Of a stretch of DNA of 57,407 nt, positions 18,268 to 27,595 are shown one piece after another (within the stretch, counting starts at the first letter, position 1; the number at the start of each line of letters is the position of its first letter). This stretch comes from Deltaproteobacteria bacterium (GTDB lineage Bacteria > CG03 > SLGR01 > JBDRKX01). The notes under the pieces were generated by a model. The model was given only the letters and a program-made list of their open reading frames with translations. It had not been told where the DNA came from and did no database searches. The position numbers were made by a program, and so were the translations under genes. Where the stretch lies: the NCBI GenBank assembly GCA_048634875.1, contig JAIVZN010000002.1, positions 1 through 57,407 on the forward strand, read 5' to 3'.

Positions 18268-19482
18268 TTATTCCGATACATGCCTGTCCATTGCCCTCAA
18301 AAAATTCATATAAACCAGTTGCTGTTCCAACAATATCCTATCCGAGCCAAGCGACCACCATTCTTTAGGTGTAAAGTAAGCAGAAACTTCTGCTTCATCT
18401 CCGTACCTGCCTGCCCACTGTATAAGATGCAGGTTATCAGACTGAGTTAACCTCATTGCAAGGTCAATCAATGTTTTCTTGCCTGTTAATTTTGCTTTAT
18501 TTACTACATGGTGCATCAGGCGGAAAATAGCCTGCTGCGCCCCATTCCCAAAGAAGAACTCCATCCCGCCTGAACCCGCCCATGTAGAACCGAATTCTTT
18601 GACTTCTAACGGAAAACTGTTTTTAGAAAATTTCTTTATTATTTCACTTGGATTATACATTTTTATCTTTCTATGTTTAAGCTCCTGAGGGAGATGTTTT
18701 ATAAATTCAAATATACCCGTATCTTTTTTGTGATGTTCTCCAAAAGTCTCAAAATCCCATCCTAAAAATACAAAATCACCTGCAGCTTCATTTACCCAGT
18801 ATGCATAGTCATCCGCTTTAAGAGGGTATCCTTTCCATGTGCGGTCTGAAAACCTGTATCCGACATCATCACTTAAACTTAAATGCCGGGCTAAAAGTTT
18901 CATTCTCTGACCGGTATGATAATAAAGATGCGTCGGTTCCCTCCATTGTAAAACCCAGTCTCTTCCGTCCATAACTGCTCCTTCAAACCCTAATTTCTGA
19001 AGCGCAAAATACACATCATTTGACATAAACATTTCAGTAGTATCAGTAACAGTTATTTTTTTATTGAATAATTTTTCAAGATAATCTTTAGCCCATTTCA
19101 TTCTTACCATAAAAAGTTCTATGTCAAAATAAAATATGAAACTGTGATATGGCTCCACGCAGACTAATTCCACATTAGGATGCGCAATAAATTTTTTCAG
19201 CAAATCCAACAGCGGCTTATTCCACTGTTTAACCTGTTCAATAAATGAAACAGACATTCCAACAGATATTTTAAACCCTTCATCTAAAAGTTTATTAAAC
19301 TGTTTAATAGCAGGGGTATAACATTCCTTTTCAATTTTATTCAGATAAAACTTATTTAATTCATCATCAAATAAATATTTTTTCATATCCGTTATTTTTG
19401 TCTTGGCCGGTATTACCTCTGCCGGAAGTTTTATCCTCTGCGGCTGGTGTATTACAGTATAAATTGATAAATTCTTTGCCAT
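18268..19482 (-). CDS. Glycoside hydrolase family 57-like protein (alpha-glucan acting)
   Basis: It has an N-terminal HQPQR segment and a WDFETFGEHH motif resembling GH57 alpha-amylase/branching-enzyme signatures. It is adjacent to a GT4 glycosyltransferase. Confidence 0.55.
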   Translation of the reverse strand: MAKNLSIYTVIHQPQRIKLPAEVIPAKTKITDMKKYLFDDELNKFYLNKIEKECYTPAIKQFNKLLDEGFKISVGMSVSFIEQVKQWNKPLLDLLKKFIAHPNVELVCVEPYHSFIFYFDIELFMVRMKWAKDYLEKLFNKKITVTDTTEMFMSNDVYFALQKLGFEGAVMDGRDWVLQWREPTHLYYHTGQRMKLLARHLSLSDDVGYRFSDRTWKGYPLKADDYAYWVNEAAGDFVFLGWDFETFGEHHKKDTGIFEFIKHLPQELKHRKIKMYNPSEIIKKFSKNSFPLEVKEFGSTWAGSGGMEFFFGNGAQQAIFRLMHHVVNKAKLTGKKTLIDLAMRLTQSDNLHLIQWAGRYGDEAEVSAYFTPKEWWSLGSDRILLEQQLVYMNFLRAMDRHVSE

Positions 19483-19514
19483 TTCATTCCTCCATTCGGT
19501 CGTTCACTCCTCTT

Positions 19515-19590
19515 TTAAGGAATGTGGTATGAGGCATGAGGGAGTAGGGAATATCATCTTCCATCTTTCCTTACCTCCTATGTTCCTTAA
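19515..19590. repeat. Heptad-built hairpin, GGAATGWG family (copy 1)
   Basis: The left arm ttaaggaatgtggtatgaggcatgagggagtagggaata is followed by a pyrimidine-rich partner, tcatcttccatctttccttacctcctatgttccttaa. It overlaps the 3' end of the GT4 gene. Confidence 0.6.
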
Positions 19591-20863
19591 TATGCACCAA
19601 TCTTGCCAGTAAGTTACTCTGGATAACATTCTTCCATGAATAAAGTTTTGCTGTAGATTTAGCCTTTTTCCTGATTTCCATATTCCTTTTTGGGCGGCGT
19701 TGAAGAAATTCAATATATGACACTATTTCTTTTGGGTCCTCAGTTTCTAAAACTATTGAGTTTTTAAATGGAATAGCATAATCTTCGCCTGTAGAACCAA
19801 GGAAAGTAATACCTCCGCATGCCATAACCTCAAGTCCAACAAGTCCAAACGGTTCATGTCCGCTATTTGCCAGCACTACATCTGATTCTGCATATATTGG
19901 TTTAAGCAGACTTTCCGACATAAAAGGTATTATATTATAAATATCTGCTTCCGGTACGCAGGTTAATGCTTCTCCAAGGCACGGCATGGTAAGCTTCTTT
20001 AAATGTATATCAACAACTTTTAGCCCTAAATATCTTATCTCATAAAACACTTCTCCTGCAAAAGGCTCAGTTCCGCCTTTCATTATTAAAGCAGGTTTAT
20101 ACCCCTTACTTTTAAGTATGGGAAGAGCGCGGATTGCCATATGCCATCTCTTATCAGGAGAAAATCTTCCTAATTTCAACAATACAATATCTGCTTTTGT
20201 ACTATCGTGAAGAAGATTCTGGTACTTTTTATTTGCCGGAGGCCTGTTAAAGAAATTATCAGGAATGCCATTTGGAATTACAGTAGGGTTTATTCCATAG
20301 TTCCACATCTGGTGTTTCATATATTTACTTACAGTAGTTATATTAGAAACAAAATTAAGCGCTCCCCAGTTAATTCTATGAAATGAGTAAATGTTATTTG
20401 CATTCCATAACATTATGACCTTGTCCCTTAAACCATTATAATGTAAGTGGTTGCTTAAATTAACGACAGCTTGTGCGGTATGCCACTCTTCTGCCATAAC
20501 TACTACTAATTTATTATTAGCAACTGCCGGCCCTACAATATTATCAGTAACATAAGATGGAATGCTCTCATTAAATTCCCGCAGTTTATCTTCTTCCCCG
20601 TCATAAACGCCGCAGGGGTGATACTTACTTATCCACTGGCACCAGCGGTGAATAATTAATTTACCATTTATTTTTTTTTCTAACCCGGGTTTATCAGGAT
20701 CACCTACAAAAAACAGATGAGTAGTATAGCCCATTTTGGCAAGGTTATTACTGAGCCCCCTCACCCTTGTTCCTAATCCACCGCTTAAAGCATAATCATC
20801 GGGGCCTTCAAAAGAAAGTATTACAAATTCTGTACTTTGTGGTGTTATTTTAAATTCAATCAT
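19571..20863 (-). CDS. GT4-family glycosyltransferase (glycogen/sucrose-synthase-like)
   Basis: It has a GT-B fold pattern with C-terminal SGHEPFGLVGLEVMACG (an E-x7-E-like motif). The start was trimmed to MIEFKI, behind a GGGGGG RBS. Confidence 0.75.
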   Translation of the reverse strand: MIEFKITPQSTEFVILSFEGPDDYALSGGLGTRVRGLSNNLAKMGYTTHLFFVGDPDKPGLEKKINGKLIIHRWCQWISKYHPCGVYDGEEDKLREFNESIPSYVTDNIVGPAVANNKLVVVMAEEWHTAQAVVNLSNHLHYNGLRDKVIMLWNANNIYSFHRINWGALNFVSNITTVSKYMKHQMWNYGINPTVIPNGIPDNFFNRPPANKKYQNLLHDSTKADIVLLKLGRFSPDKRWHMAIRALPILKSKGYKPALIMKGGTEPFAGEVFYEIRYLGLKVVDIHLKKLTMPCLGEALTCVPEADIYNIIPFMSESLLKPIYAESDVVLANSGHEPFGLVGLEVMACGGITFLGSTGEDYAIPFKNSIVLETEDPKEIVSYIEFLQRRPKRNMEIRKKAKSTAKLYSWKNVIQSNLLARLVHIKEHRR

Positions 20864-20985
20864 TTTATTCCCCCCCAAAATTTATATATTGAAACTATAA
20901 TTATTTTGTAGGTATTGTCAATAGTATCGTCTATAACAAAATGATAATGTCTGATTTGAGCAAAATAGAAAGGTAAGTATAATTC

Positions 20986-21561
20986 TTAAAATTTAAATAA
21001 TGGCTTTTTTATATATTTTTTTATTTTCTTTTGACCAGACCAGACTATATTGTTATTTTCAAGGTTTATTAAATTAATATCCGCCTGATAATATACGACT
21101 TTTTTTCCGCCTTCTTCATCAACAATAGAGTTTAAAACACCTTTCAGCATAAAATCAGCTCCTGTTTCTCTGCCAAATTCTTTTTTAGATTTTATAGAAG
21201 CCCATTTCCGCATATCTTTTCTCTCATCTCTCACTTCAGCGCGCTCCCCCCGAGAAGCAACAATATCAATGTTACCCGAATTAAGTACGGCTCTCTCAAG
21301 ATCCTTGATAAAAGTCTGGACTTTTATGTGCTCTAATGTCTTATTGTGAACAGTCCCGACTATGATTACAGGTTTTCTTGCAGTTTTTTTATACCACCGG
21401 GTGGAAATACACTGCTCAATAAGCGCCTCGGCCACTAATCTTGAATCAGTATCATTCCATCTGCCTGACAGGTCTATTTGAGAATCTATACTCATTCTTG
21501 TAACTTTACCGGTTGCACAACCGGATAGAAATAAAATAAATAAAACAATTATGAGATTCAT
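20986..21561 (-). CDS. LpoB-like (COG3417) lipoprotein
   Basis: A lipobox is present (LSGC). The segments PVIIVGTVHNKTLEHIKVQTFIKDLERAVLNSG and ...YYQADINLINLENNNIVW resemble the PBP-activator LpoB family. Confidence 0.5.
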   Translation of the reverse strand: MNLIIVLFILFLSGCATGKVTRMSIDSQIDLSGRWNDTDSRLVAEALIEQCISTRWYKKTARKPVIIVGTVHNKTLEHIKVQTFIKDLERAVLNSGNIDIVASRGERAEVRDERKDMRKWASIKSKKEFGRETGADFMLKGVLNSIVDEEGGKKVVYYQADINLINLENNNIVWSGQKKIKKYIKKPLFKF

Positions 21562-21567
21562 AGTCTC

Positions 21568-22470
21568 CTAGTCTCCTAATCTCTTCTTTATTTTTCTTTC
21601 AATAATCTGCTTTTTTCTCTTTTCAATTAATTTTCTCCTTGCAGGAGATTTTTTAGTCCGCTGGGTAATGTACTGTCTTTTTATTTTTGTTATTACCTTT
21701 TTCTTATCTGCAAGATCCTTTTCCAGTATTTCATTTTCCTGTATAAGTTTATCTAATTTCTCTTTTACTGTTTTCTTTTTATCCGGGTCCCTTGTAATGC
21801 GGTACATCTTACCTAAACGAAGTATCTGTATTTTATTTCTCTTTACTGCTCTTAAATTTAAAAATAATTCTCTTTTAAACTTTAAGTGTTTCCATCTGAG
21901 CTCTCTCTTTGCAGTTATTTTTCCTATAACCTTTGCTTTCAAATCCTTGCCGGCTTTTGCCCACTGGTCTTTAGTAACTCTGATTTCCTCAGTATCATCC
22001 TCTCTCTTAAAAGCTACCTCGCCATCAAAAACCTCTACCTCCGCTGTATCCTCTTCTTCATGTATCACAGCAAATTCTGTCCCCCTGACTGCTGCAACTG
22101 CAACAGGTGTTCTTATTTCCATTTCTTCATCAGGAATTTTCTTTACCTTTGCCCTGAGCGATCCATAAATGACATCAAGCGAAGTCTTACTGCCCTTAGA
22201 ATTAATTCCAACCATGGTTTCTTCATTTATCTCCATCTTTTTATTTTCATCAAGGCTCACTTCAGCGTAGGAATTATTTTCAAGTTTTATAACAGCGCCT
22301 TCAGAAACTGCGGTATCTTCTGAAACCTGAATCCATTCAGTTGAGTCTTTCTCTCTAATCTGCACATTTCCTTCTATGTAGATAAAATCCCCTTTAGGAA
22401 TCTGCCCGTCCTCGGCTTTGGCAGAGCTTCCTAAACAAAAAATAAGTAAAACTATAATTACTTTTATCAT
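21568..22470 (-). CDS. FecR-domain protein with a Lys/Arg-rich coiled C-terminal tail
   Basis: It has a signal peptide and a FecR-like core (GNVQIREKDSTEW...EGAVIK...; VAAVRGTEFAV). Confidence 0.65.
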   Translation of the reverse strand: MIKVIIVLLIFCLGSSAKAEDGQIPKGDFIYIEGNVQIREKDSTEWIQVSEDTAVSEGAVIKLENNSYAEVSLDENKKMEINEETMVGINSKGSKTSLDVIYGSLRAKVKKIPDEEMEIRTPVAVAAVRGTEFAVIHEEEDTAEVEVFDGEVAFKREDDTEEIRVTKDQWAKAGKDLKAKVIGKITAKRELRWKHLKFKRELFLNLRAVKRNKIQILRLGKMYRITRDPDKKKTVKEKLDKLIQENEILEKDLADKKKVITKIKRQYITQRTKKSPARRKLIEKRKKQIIERKIKKRLGD

Positions 22471-22492
22471 AATTACCTCCCTCTTACATTTC

Positions 22493-23347
22493 CTATGCTC
22501 TCGGATGATATTTCATATGCATCTCTTTAATATTCCTGCGATTTATATGTGTGTAAATCTGGGTAGTATCTATATTTGAATGACCTAATAATTCCTGTAT
22601 TGTCCTTAAATCTGCTCCATTTTCAAGCAGGTGTGTTGCAAATGTATGACGCAGCGTATGAGGAGCAACTTTCCTTGGAATTCCCGCCTTCAATGAATAC
22701 TTTTTTACAATTTTCCAGATACTTTCTCTTGTTATAAATTTTCCATTTGATTTTGAAAATAGAAAACCGGATGGGAGAATTCTTTTTTCTTCAATATATT
22801 TCCTGAGGAGCTTTAATATATTTTTCCCTACAGGAACAAACCTCTCTTTCATGCCCTTCCCGAGTATCCTGATCCACCCATCATCAAAATCCACATCCTC
22901 TACTTTTAAATTCACCATTTCAGAGACTCTCATTCCTGTAGCGTAAAAAAGTTCAAGCAATAATCTGTCTCTTGAACTCTGGGCTGAATCAATCAATTCG
23001 CCAACCTCTTTTATACTGAGTACAACAGGTAGTTTTAAGGCAAGTTTAGGTGAATCAATATCTTGCGCAGGACTTTCGGGGATAACATCATCTAAAACCA
23101 TGAATTTATAAAAACTCTTAATAGCTGCAAGTTTCCTTGCAACTGAAGCAATAGAGAGCGTATTCCTTCTCATTAATAGGTAATCCATAATATGGTTTCC
23201 AAGTGTTTTGCGGACAGGAATAGACTGTTGTTCTAAATACTGCAGAAATTCGCCAATATCCTTTTCATAAGCTGACAATGTATTTTTAGAATGACCTTTT
23301 TCAACATGGAGGTAATTTAAAAACTTTTTTAATAAGTTATCAGGCAT
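22493..23347 (-). CDS. xerD: Tyrosine recombinase XerC/XerD
   Basis: The N-terminus is FLNYLHVEKGHSKNTLSAYEKDI. Catalytic motifs are ATGMRVSE, GKGMKER, HTLRHTFATHLLE, LLGH and IYTHI. Confidence 0.85.
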   Translation of the reverse strand: MPDNLLKKFLNYLHVEKGHSKNTLSAYEKDIGEFLQYLEQQSIPVRKTLGNHIMDYLLMRRNTLSIASVARKLAAIKSFYKFMVLDDVIPESPAQDIDSPKLALKLPVVLSIKEVGELIDSAQSSRDRLLLELFYATGMRVSEMVNLKVEDVDFDDGWIRILGKGMKERFVPVGKNILKLLRKYIEEKRILPSGFLFSKSNGKFITRESIWKIVKKYSLKAGIPRKVAPHTLRHTFATHLLENGADLRTIQELLGHSNIDTTQIYTHINRRNIKEMHMKYHPRA

Positions 23348-23939
23348 TTAAGTAAATATTATTTTTCTTTTCTTGAGCCACAGTGGTAGGCCCCCCATGA
23401 CCCGGGAATATCTTCACATTATTATCAAGAGTATATATTTTATTTCTGATACTATTTTTAAGTTCCTCGTAATTTCCTCCTGAAAGATCAGTTCTCCCGA
23501 TAGAATTTAAAAATATAGTGTCACCCGAAAATAGCCACCCATTTGTATAAAGAGAAATCCCGCCCGGAGTATGTCCGGGAGTCTGAAGTACCTTAATTCT
23601 TATACTACCCGAAGATATGTATTCACCTTCTCCAACGAGTCTGTCAGGCTGGGCAGGGTTTCCTGCAAAACCAGACCACTGTTCATTTGATAAAATATCC
23701 ACATCATTTTTTCCTAATATAACCTCTGCGCCGGTTTGTTTTTTCACCTCATAGCCTGCGCCTGTATGGTCAGGGTGCGCATGAGTATAAATAATGTGAG
23801 TAACAGGTACTGATAACTCACTTAGCTCTGTTAAAATTCTTTCCCCTTCCCCGCCAGGGTCTATGACAACAGCATTGTTATCGTACAGAATATAACAGTT
23901 TGCAGCAAGTGGGCCTACAATTAAAGTTTTAAGCTTCAT
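23340..23939 (-). CDS. MBL-fold metallo-hydrolase (glyoxalase II-like)
   Basis: It carries the THAHPDH motif, plus downstream His (TPGHTPG) and Asp/His ligands. Confidence 0.85.
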   Translation of the reverse strand: MKLKTLIVGPLAANCYILYDNNAVVIDPGGEGERILTELSELSVPVTHIIYTHAHPDHTGAGYEVKKQTGAEVILGKNDVDILSNEQWSGFAGNPAQPDRLVGEGEYISSGSIRIKVLQTPGHTPGGISLYTNGWLFSGDTIFLNSIGRTDLSGGNYEELKNSIRNKIYTLDNNVKIFPGHGGPTTVAQEKKNNIYLNA

Positions 23940-24933
23940 CCATTGAAAATACTATCTCTCTTATCTTACCTTCTATTTCTGATGTTAAATCAGGATTACC
24001 CTGCAAGTATTTAATAGTATTAATCTTTCCCTGGGCTAATTGTTCCTTATTGTAAGAGTACCATGTTCCGCTCTTTTCAAGAACCTTTTCTTCAATACCA
24101 ACATCAACCAGACTTCCTTCCATTGATATTCCTTCGCCGTATATAATATCAAATTCAGCAGTTTTAAACGGTGGTGCAACTTTGTTTTTTGCAACTTTTA
24201 CTCTTATTCTGTTGCCTATGATATCTGTCCCTGATTTTATTAAACCGATTTTTCTTATATCCAGCCTGACAGATGAATAGAACTTTAATGCTCTTCCGCC
24301 AGGTGTTGTTTCAGGATTGCCGAACATCACGCCAATTTTTTCTCTTATTTGATTAACAAATATCGTAGTTGTTGTTGATTTTGCAATGGTTGCAGTCAGT
24401 TTTCGGAGAGCCTGTGACATAAGCCGCGCCTGAAGTCCCATATGAGAGTCTCCCATATCACCCTCAAGTTCCGCTTTTGGAACAAGCGCGGCAACACTGT
24501 CTATAACAACAATATCTACAGCGCCGCTTCTAACCAGTGTTTCAGTAACTTCAAGAGCCTGTTCACCATAATCAGGCTGTGAAATTAAAAGATTATCAAC
24601 ATCCACGCCAATCCTTTTTGAGTACTCAGGATCAAGAGCATGTTCTGCATCTATATATGCAGCATTGCCTCCTTTAGCCTGAACATTTGCCACAAGCTCT
24701 AATGAAAGAGTTGTCTTACCTGAAGCTTCAGGGCCGAATATCTCAACAACTTTTCCCCTTGGTACTCCCCCAACTCCAAGAGCTATATCAAGAGTCAGCG
24801 CTCCTGTAGAAATAGCTTCAACTTTCTGACGGTATTTATCATCACCAAGCTTCATTATTGTGCCCCTGCCATATCTTTTTTCTATCTGGTCTACAGCTCT
24901 TCCAAGAGCAACATTCTTTTTATCTTCTGTCAT
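23929..24933 (-). CDS. recA: Recombinase RecA
   Basis: It carries Walker [10 protein letters not shown] and canonical RecA blocks ([43 protein letters not shown]). Confidence 0.97.
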   Translation of the reverse strand: MTEDKKNVALGRAVDQIEKRYGRGTIMKLGDDKYRQKVEAISTGALTLDIALGVGGVPRGKVVEIFGPEASGKTTLSLELVANVQAKGGNAAYIDAEHALDPEYSKRIGVDVDNLLISQPDYGEQALEVTETLVRSGAVDIVVIDSVAALVPKAELEGDMGDSHMGLQARLMSQALRKLTATIAKSTTTTIFVNQIREKIGVMFGNPETTPGGRALKFYSSVRLDIRKIGLIKSGTDIIGNRIRVKVAKNKVAPPFKTAEFDIIYGEGISMEGSLVDVGIEEKVLEKSGTWYSYNKEQLAQGKINTIKYLQGNPDLTSEIEGKIREIVFSMDEA

Positions 24934-24948
24934 TTTCCCTCCTTCTTT

Positions 24949-25058
24949 TTAAGGAATGTGGGAGTAAGGATGAGAGATAAGGGAAGAAAATTTTCTTTCT
25001 TCAGCGAAGCGTTCTTCCATCTTCTATCTTCCCTCTTTCCTCTTTCCTCATTCCTCAC
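24949..25058. repeat. Heptad-built hairpin, GGAATGWG family (copy 2)
   Basis: The left arm is ttaaggaatgtgggagtaaggatgagagataagggaagaaaa. The right arm is ttcttccatcttctatcttccctctttcctctttcctcattcctcac. It sits in the recA/pgpA spacer. Confidence 0.65.
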
Positions 25059-25059
25059 T

Positions 25060-25503
25060 TTATAGTAAGTGTATTATACGCAGTATGAGGTTTGTTAAAA
25101 CTCCTGCGTACAGGTCATCTAACATTATTCCGAGACCGCCGGCAACTATCTGCAGTTTATTCATAGGATAAATTTTCATAATATCAAGAATCCTAAATAT
25201 TATAAACCCTATAATTATAAGACCGATAGATTTTGGTAAAAAAGCCATTGCTACAAAAAATCCCACCATTTCATCTACCACAATTTGAGGAGGGTCTATT
25301 GTCTCCATCATCTCTTCAGTTCTTCCAGCAGTTATCACTCCAATAAAAGTCAGAATTATCAGCATTGTCCAGTAAAATGTAGGTGATACAGGAAGCAGTA
25401 CATAATATATTACTGCAGCAACTATTGTAGCAATTGTACCCGGCGCAGGAAACTTTTCACCTATAAAAAAACCTGTTGCTATAAATCTAATTATCCAGTT
25501 CAT
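25060..25503 (-). CDS. pgpA: Phosphatidylglycerophosphatase A
   Basis: The PGTIATIVA motif, the size and the TM pattern fit the PgpA family. It overlaps pgsA by 4 nt. Confidence 0.8.
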   Translation of the reverse strand: MNWIIRFIATGFFIGEKFPAPGTIATIVAAVIYYVLLPVSPTFYWTMLIILTFIGVITAGRTEEMMETIDPPQIVVDEMVGFFVAMAFLPKSIGLIIIGFIIFRILDIMKIYPMNKLQIVAGGLGIMLDDLYAGVLTNLILRIIHLL

Positions 25504-26033
25504 ATATCCTCCTTAAACAATTCCTTGTTTTCTATTAAATAAACAAAGCCTGAATACACAGTTATTACTGCCGTTAAAACCACGATATATTGTGCCATAT
25601 ATCTAAATTTTCCCGTTATAAACATTAAGAGTATTAAAAATATTGCAGCAAACTGAAATGTTGTCTTGAATTTCCCTGTGTAAGTCGCAGCAATAATTTT
25701 ACCTTTAGATAATGCAAACATTCGCAACCCATTTATAGTAAATTCTCTTGCTATAATCAATATTACTGGCCATGCTTTAACAGACAATTCATCTAATTGA
25801 ACAAAAATTATAAAAGCAGAAGATATAAATAGTTTATCGGCAAGCGGGTCAAGAAACTTGCCAAGATTGGAAACTTCGCTTCTATGCCTTGCAATTTTCC
25901 CGTCTATATAATCAGTTAATGAAGCTATAATAAAAATTATTAATGCTGCTATCTTATAAGAAAACAGGAGGAAAATAACAAATGGTATTATCATTATTAT
26001 TCTGAGCACTGTTAGTTTATTTGCTAAATTCAT
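25500..26033 (-). CDS. pgsA: CDP-diacylglycerol--glycerol-3-phosphate 3-phosphatidyltransferase
   Basis: It carries the CDP-alcohol phosphatidyltransferase motif DYIDGKIAR...GKFLDPLADK. Confidence 0.85.
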   Translation of the reverse strand: MNLANKLTVLRIIMIIPFVIFLLFSYKIAALIIFIIASLTDYIDGKIARHRSEVSNLGKFLDPLADKLFISSAFIIFVQLDELSVKAWPVILIIAREFTINGLRMFALSKGKIIAATYTGKFKTTFQFAAIFLILLMFITGKFRYMAQYIVVLTAVITVYSGFVYLIENKELFKEDI

Positions 26034-26685
26034 TTATAAATTCTATCTCGTTTATCTCACCGACGCTCCCTTCTTTTATATCTATTTTCTGGTATTCATC
26101 CTGGGAACTTTTACGATAATATATATCAATACCTTTTGTGTAACCTATACGGATTTTCAGCGACTTTCCTGCTTTCCAGTATTTTGTTATTCCTGCTTGA
26201 AGTGTAGTTTCATCCACAATTTTATCGTCAATTACAACTTTCACCCATGTTGGTTCAGTTGTAATTCCTTTTACCATAATAAATTCTGGAATAGTATTCT
26301 CAACCGTAACAGTTTTCTTGTATTTTGTCTTAATTATTGATTTATAAGGCAGGTAGTAATGTAATACATATAAAACTAAAATTAAAATAATTAATACTAT
26401 GCCTGTAAAAACAGGTAAAAATTTATTTTTTCTTTTTTGCTTACTTTTACTTTCTAATGGAACAATATTTTCATCTTCAAATATCTCTATGCCATTTACA
26501 GAAATCCCTAAATAATCAGCATAAGTTTTTAAGAAGCTCTTCGCATAAAATTTCCCTGGAAAAATATCAAAATTTCCTTCTTCTAAAGCTCTAAGTTTAG
26601 TAACAGAAATTTTCATCTCCTGAGAAATTTGATTTAATGAAAGCCCCCTTTTTTTTCTTTCCTTTTTTAATTCAATATAATTCAC
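26017..26685 (-). CDS. rodZ: RodZ-like cytoskeleton protein (HTH + TM + C-terminal domain)
   Basis: The N-terminal HTH (RKKRGLSLNQISQEMKISVTKLRALEEGNFD) is followed by ...FPGKFYAKSFLKTYADYLG and then a single TM helix. The start is GTG. Confidence 0.7.
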   Translation of the reverse strand: MNYIELKKERKKRGLSLNQISQEMKISVTKLRALEEGNFDIFPGKFYAKSFLKTYADYLGISVNGIEIFEDENIVPLESKSKQKRKNKFLPVFTGIVLIILILVLYVLHYYLPYKSIIKTKYKKTVTVENTIPEFIMVKGITTEPTWVKVVIDDKIVDETTLQAGITKYWKAGKSLKIRIGYTKGIDIYYRKSSQDEYQKIDIKEGSVGEINEIEFINEFSK

Positions 26686-26702
26686 TTGTAAATAAATCCT
26701 AT

Positions 26703-26890
26703 ATTGAGACCTAAATGATGTTTTTTTTGCGACTTGTGACTTTTTAGTGAAACTATACCGTTAAAAAACTAAAACTTGTTTGAGCCCAACTCTTCATGAA
26801 GAGCTGGGCGAGTTTTTTAGTTTTAGGTATAGTCTCATGTGCCAAAGGCAAAAAGTCTCCGGAGCAAAAAAATATATTTTTAGGGCTCAA
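26703..26890 (-). repeat. Long-hairpin intergenic element X, copy 1 (about 188 nt; the module extends to 26686-26938)
   Basis: It is an imperfect palindrome centred on CTCTTCATGAAGAG (26790-26803), with about 94 nt per arm and outer ends attgagacctaaa...tttagggctcaat. It is near-identical to the reverse complement of 49635-49823. The strand given is the direction of flanking transcription. Confidence 0.85.
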
Positions 26891-26932
26891 TTATTTTTAT
26901 CTCCTTTTGTTAGCTGAAAGCCCATGTCCGTT

Positions 26933-27595
26933 TCACTCAAAATCAAGGATATTCACATCATTGCCTGCCTTAAAACTAAAACAATCATCATTTAAAACAG
27001 GATTTAAGATATAATTTGTAAATATAGTTACTGATTTAAAATTAGGCGCATATACTACTGTCTCCTCTGGAAGATATGTATCAGTATTAAAAAATATAAT
27101 CATATTATCAAAATTATATTCAGTAGAAAGAATGGGGACGGTTCTGATACTTTTCCCATTCTTTCTATTTTCATTTACACTGAGTTTGAAATTTTTTTTC
27201 AAAAGTCCGAATGAGTCTGATGATAGAATCACTGAAGTCGTTACGCCAAGCATATCAATAAAATTATTACTTTTTTGCTTTGTTGCCTGTTTAATCTCAG
27301 GTATGTATGTAAATAAGTATCCATCTGAAAAATAAATTTCCTGTATATGAGGTTTTTGATATATAATTTTAAGATTATCCGGTCTTTTAAAAAAAACCTC
27401 GGCTTTGATAGTTTGCGTACTATCAGCAATAAAAGTATTTTGCTGGAAAGAAAATGAAATTGTTCTCACTTTGCTCATTCTCTCAGTTATCTGCTTAGAT
27501 AACTCCTCTACACTATTACACAGCGCAACCTGCACAATGCAGGATATCAACATAAAATATAAAATATGAATCTTTATCTGTTTAACATTCCTCAT
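26933..27595 (-). CDS. LolA-like outer-membrane lipoprotein carrier
   Basis: It has a signal peptide and the LolA-like pattern (F.Q......G....KRPDNLKIIY..P..QEIYFSDGYLFTY.P). The conserved ftsK-lolA adjacency is present. Confidence 0.6.
   Translation of the reverse strand: MRNVKQIKIHILYFMLISCIVQVALCNSVEELSKQITERMSKVRTISFSFQQNTFIADSTQTIKAEVFFKRPDNLKIIYQKPHIQEIYFSDGYLFTYIPEIKQATKQKSNNFIDMLGVTTSVILSSDSFGLLKKNFKLSVNENRKNGKSIRTVPILSTEYNFDNMIIFFNTDTYLPEETVVYAPNFKSVTIFTNYILNPVLNDDCFSFKAGNDVNILDFE

Noticed and set aside
19504-19713. 69-aa ORF that overlaps the 3' end of the GT4 gene and heptad hairpin G1
   Set aside because: It overlaps a supported CDS in another frame and is partly encoded by repeat DNA.
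26796-27014. ORFs lying within copies of element X (26796..27014, 49489..49746, 32844..33101, 32992..33207)
   Set aside because: They are read through palindromic repeat DNA, and their protein sequences are not conserved between copies in a frame-consistent way. They are treated as repeat artefacts.
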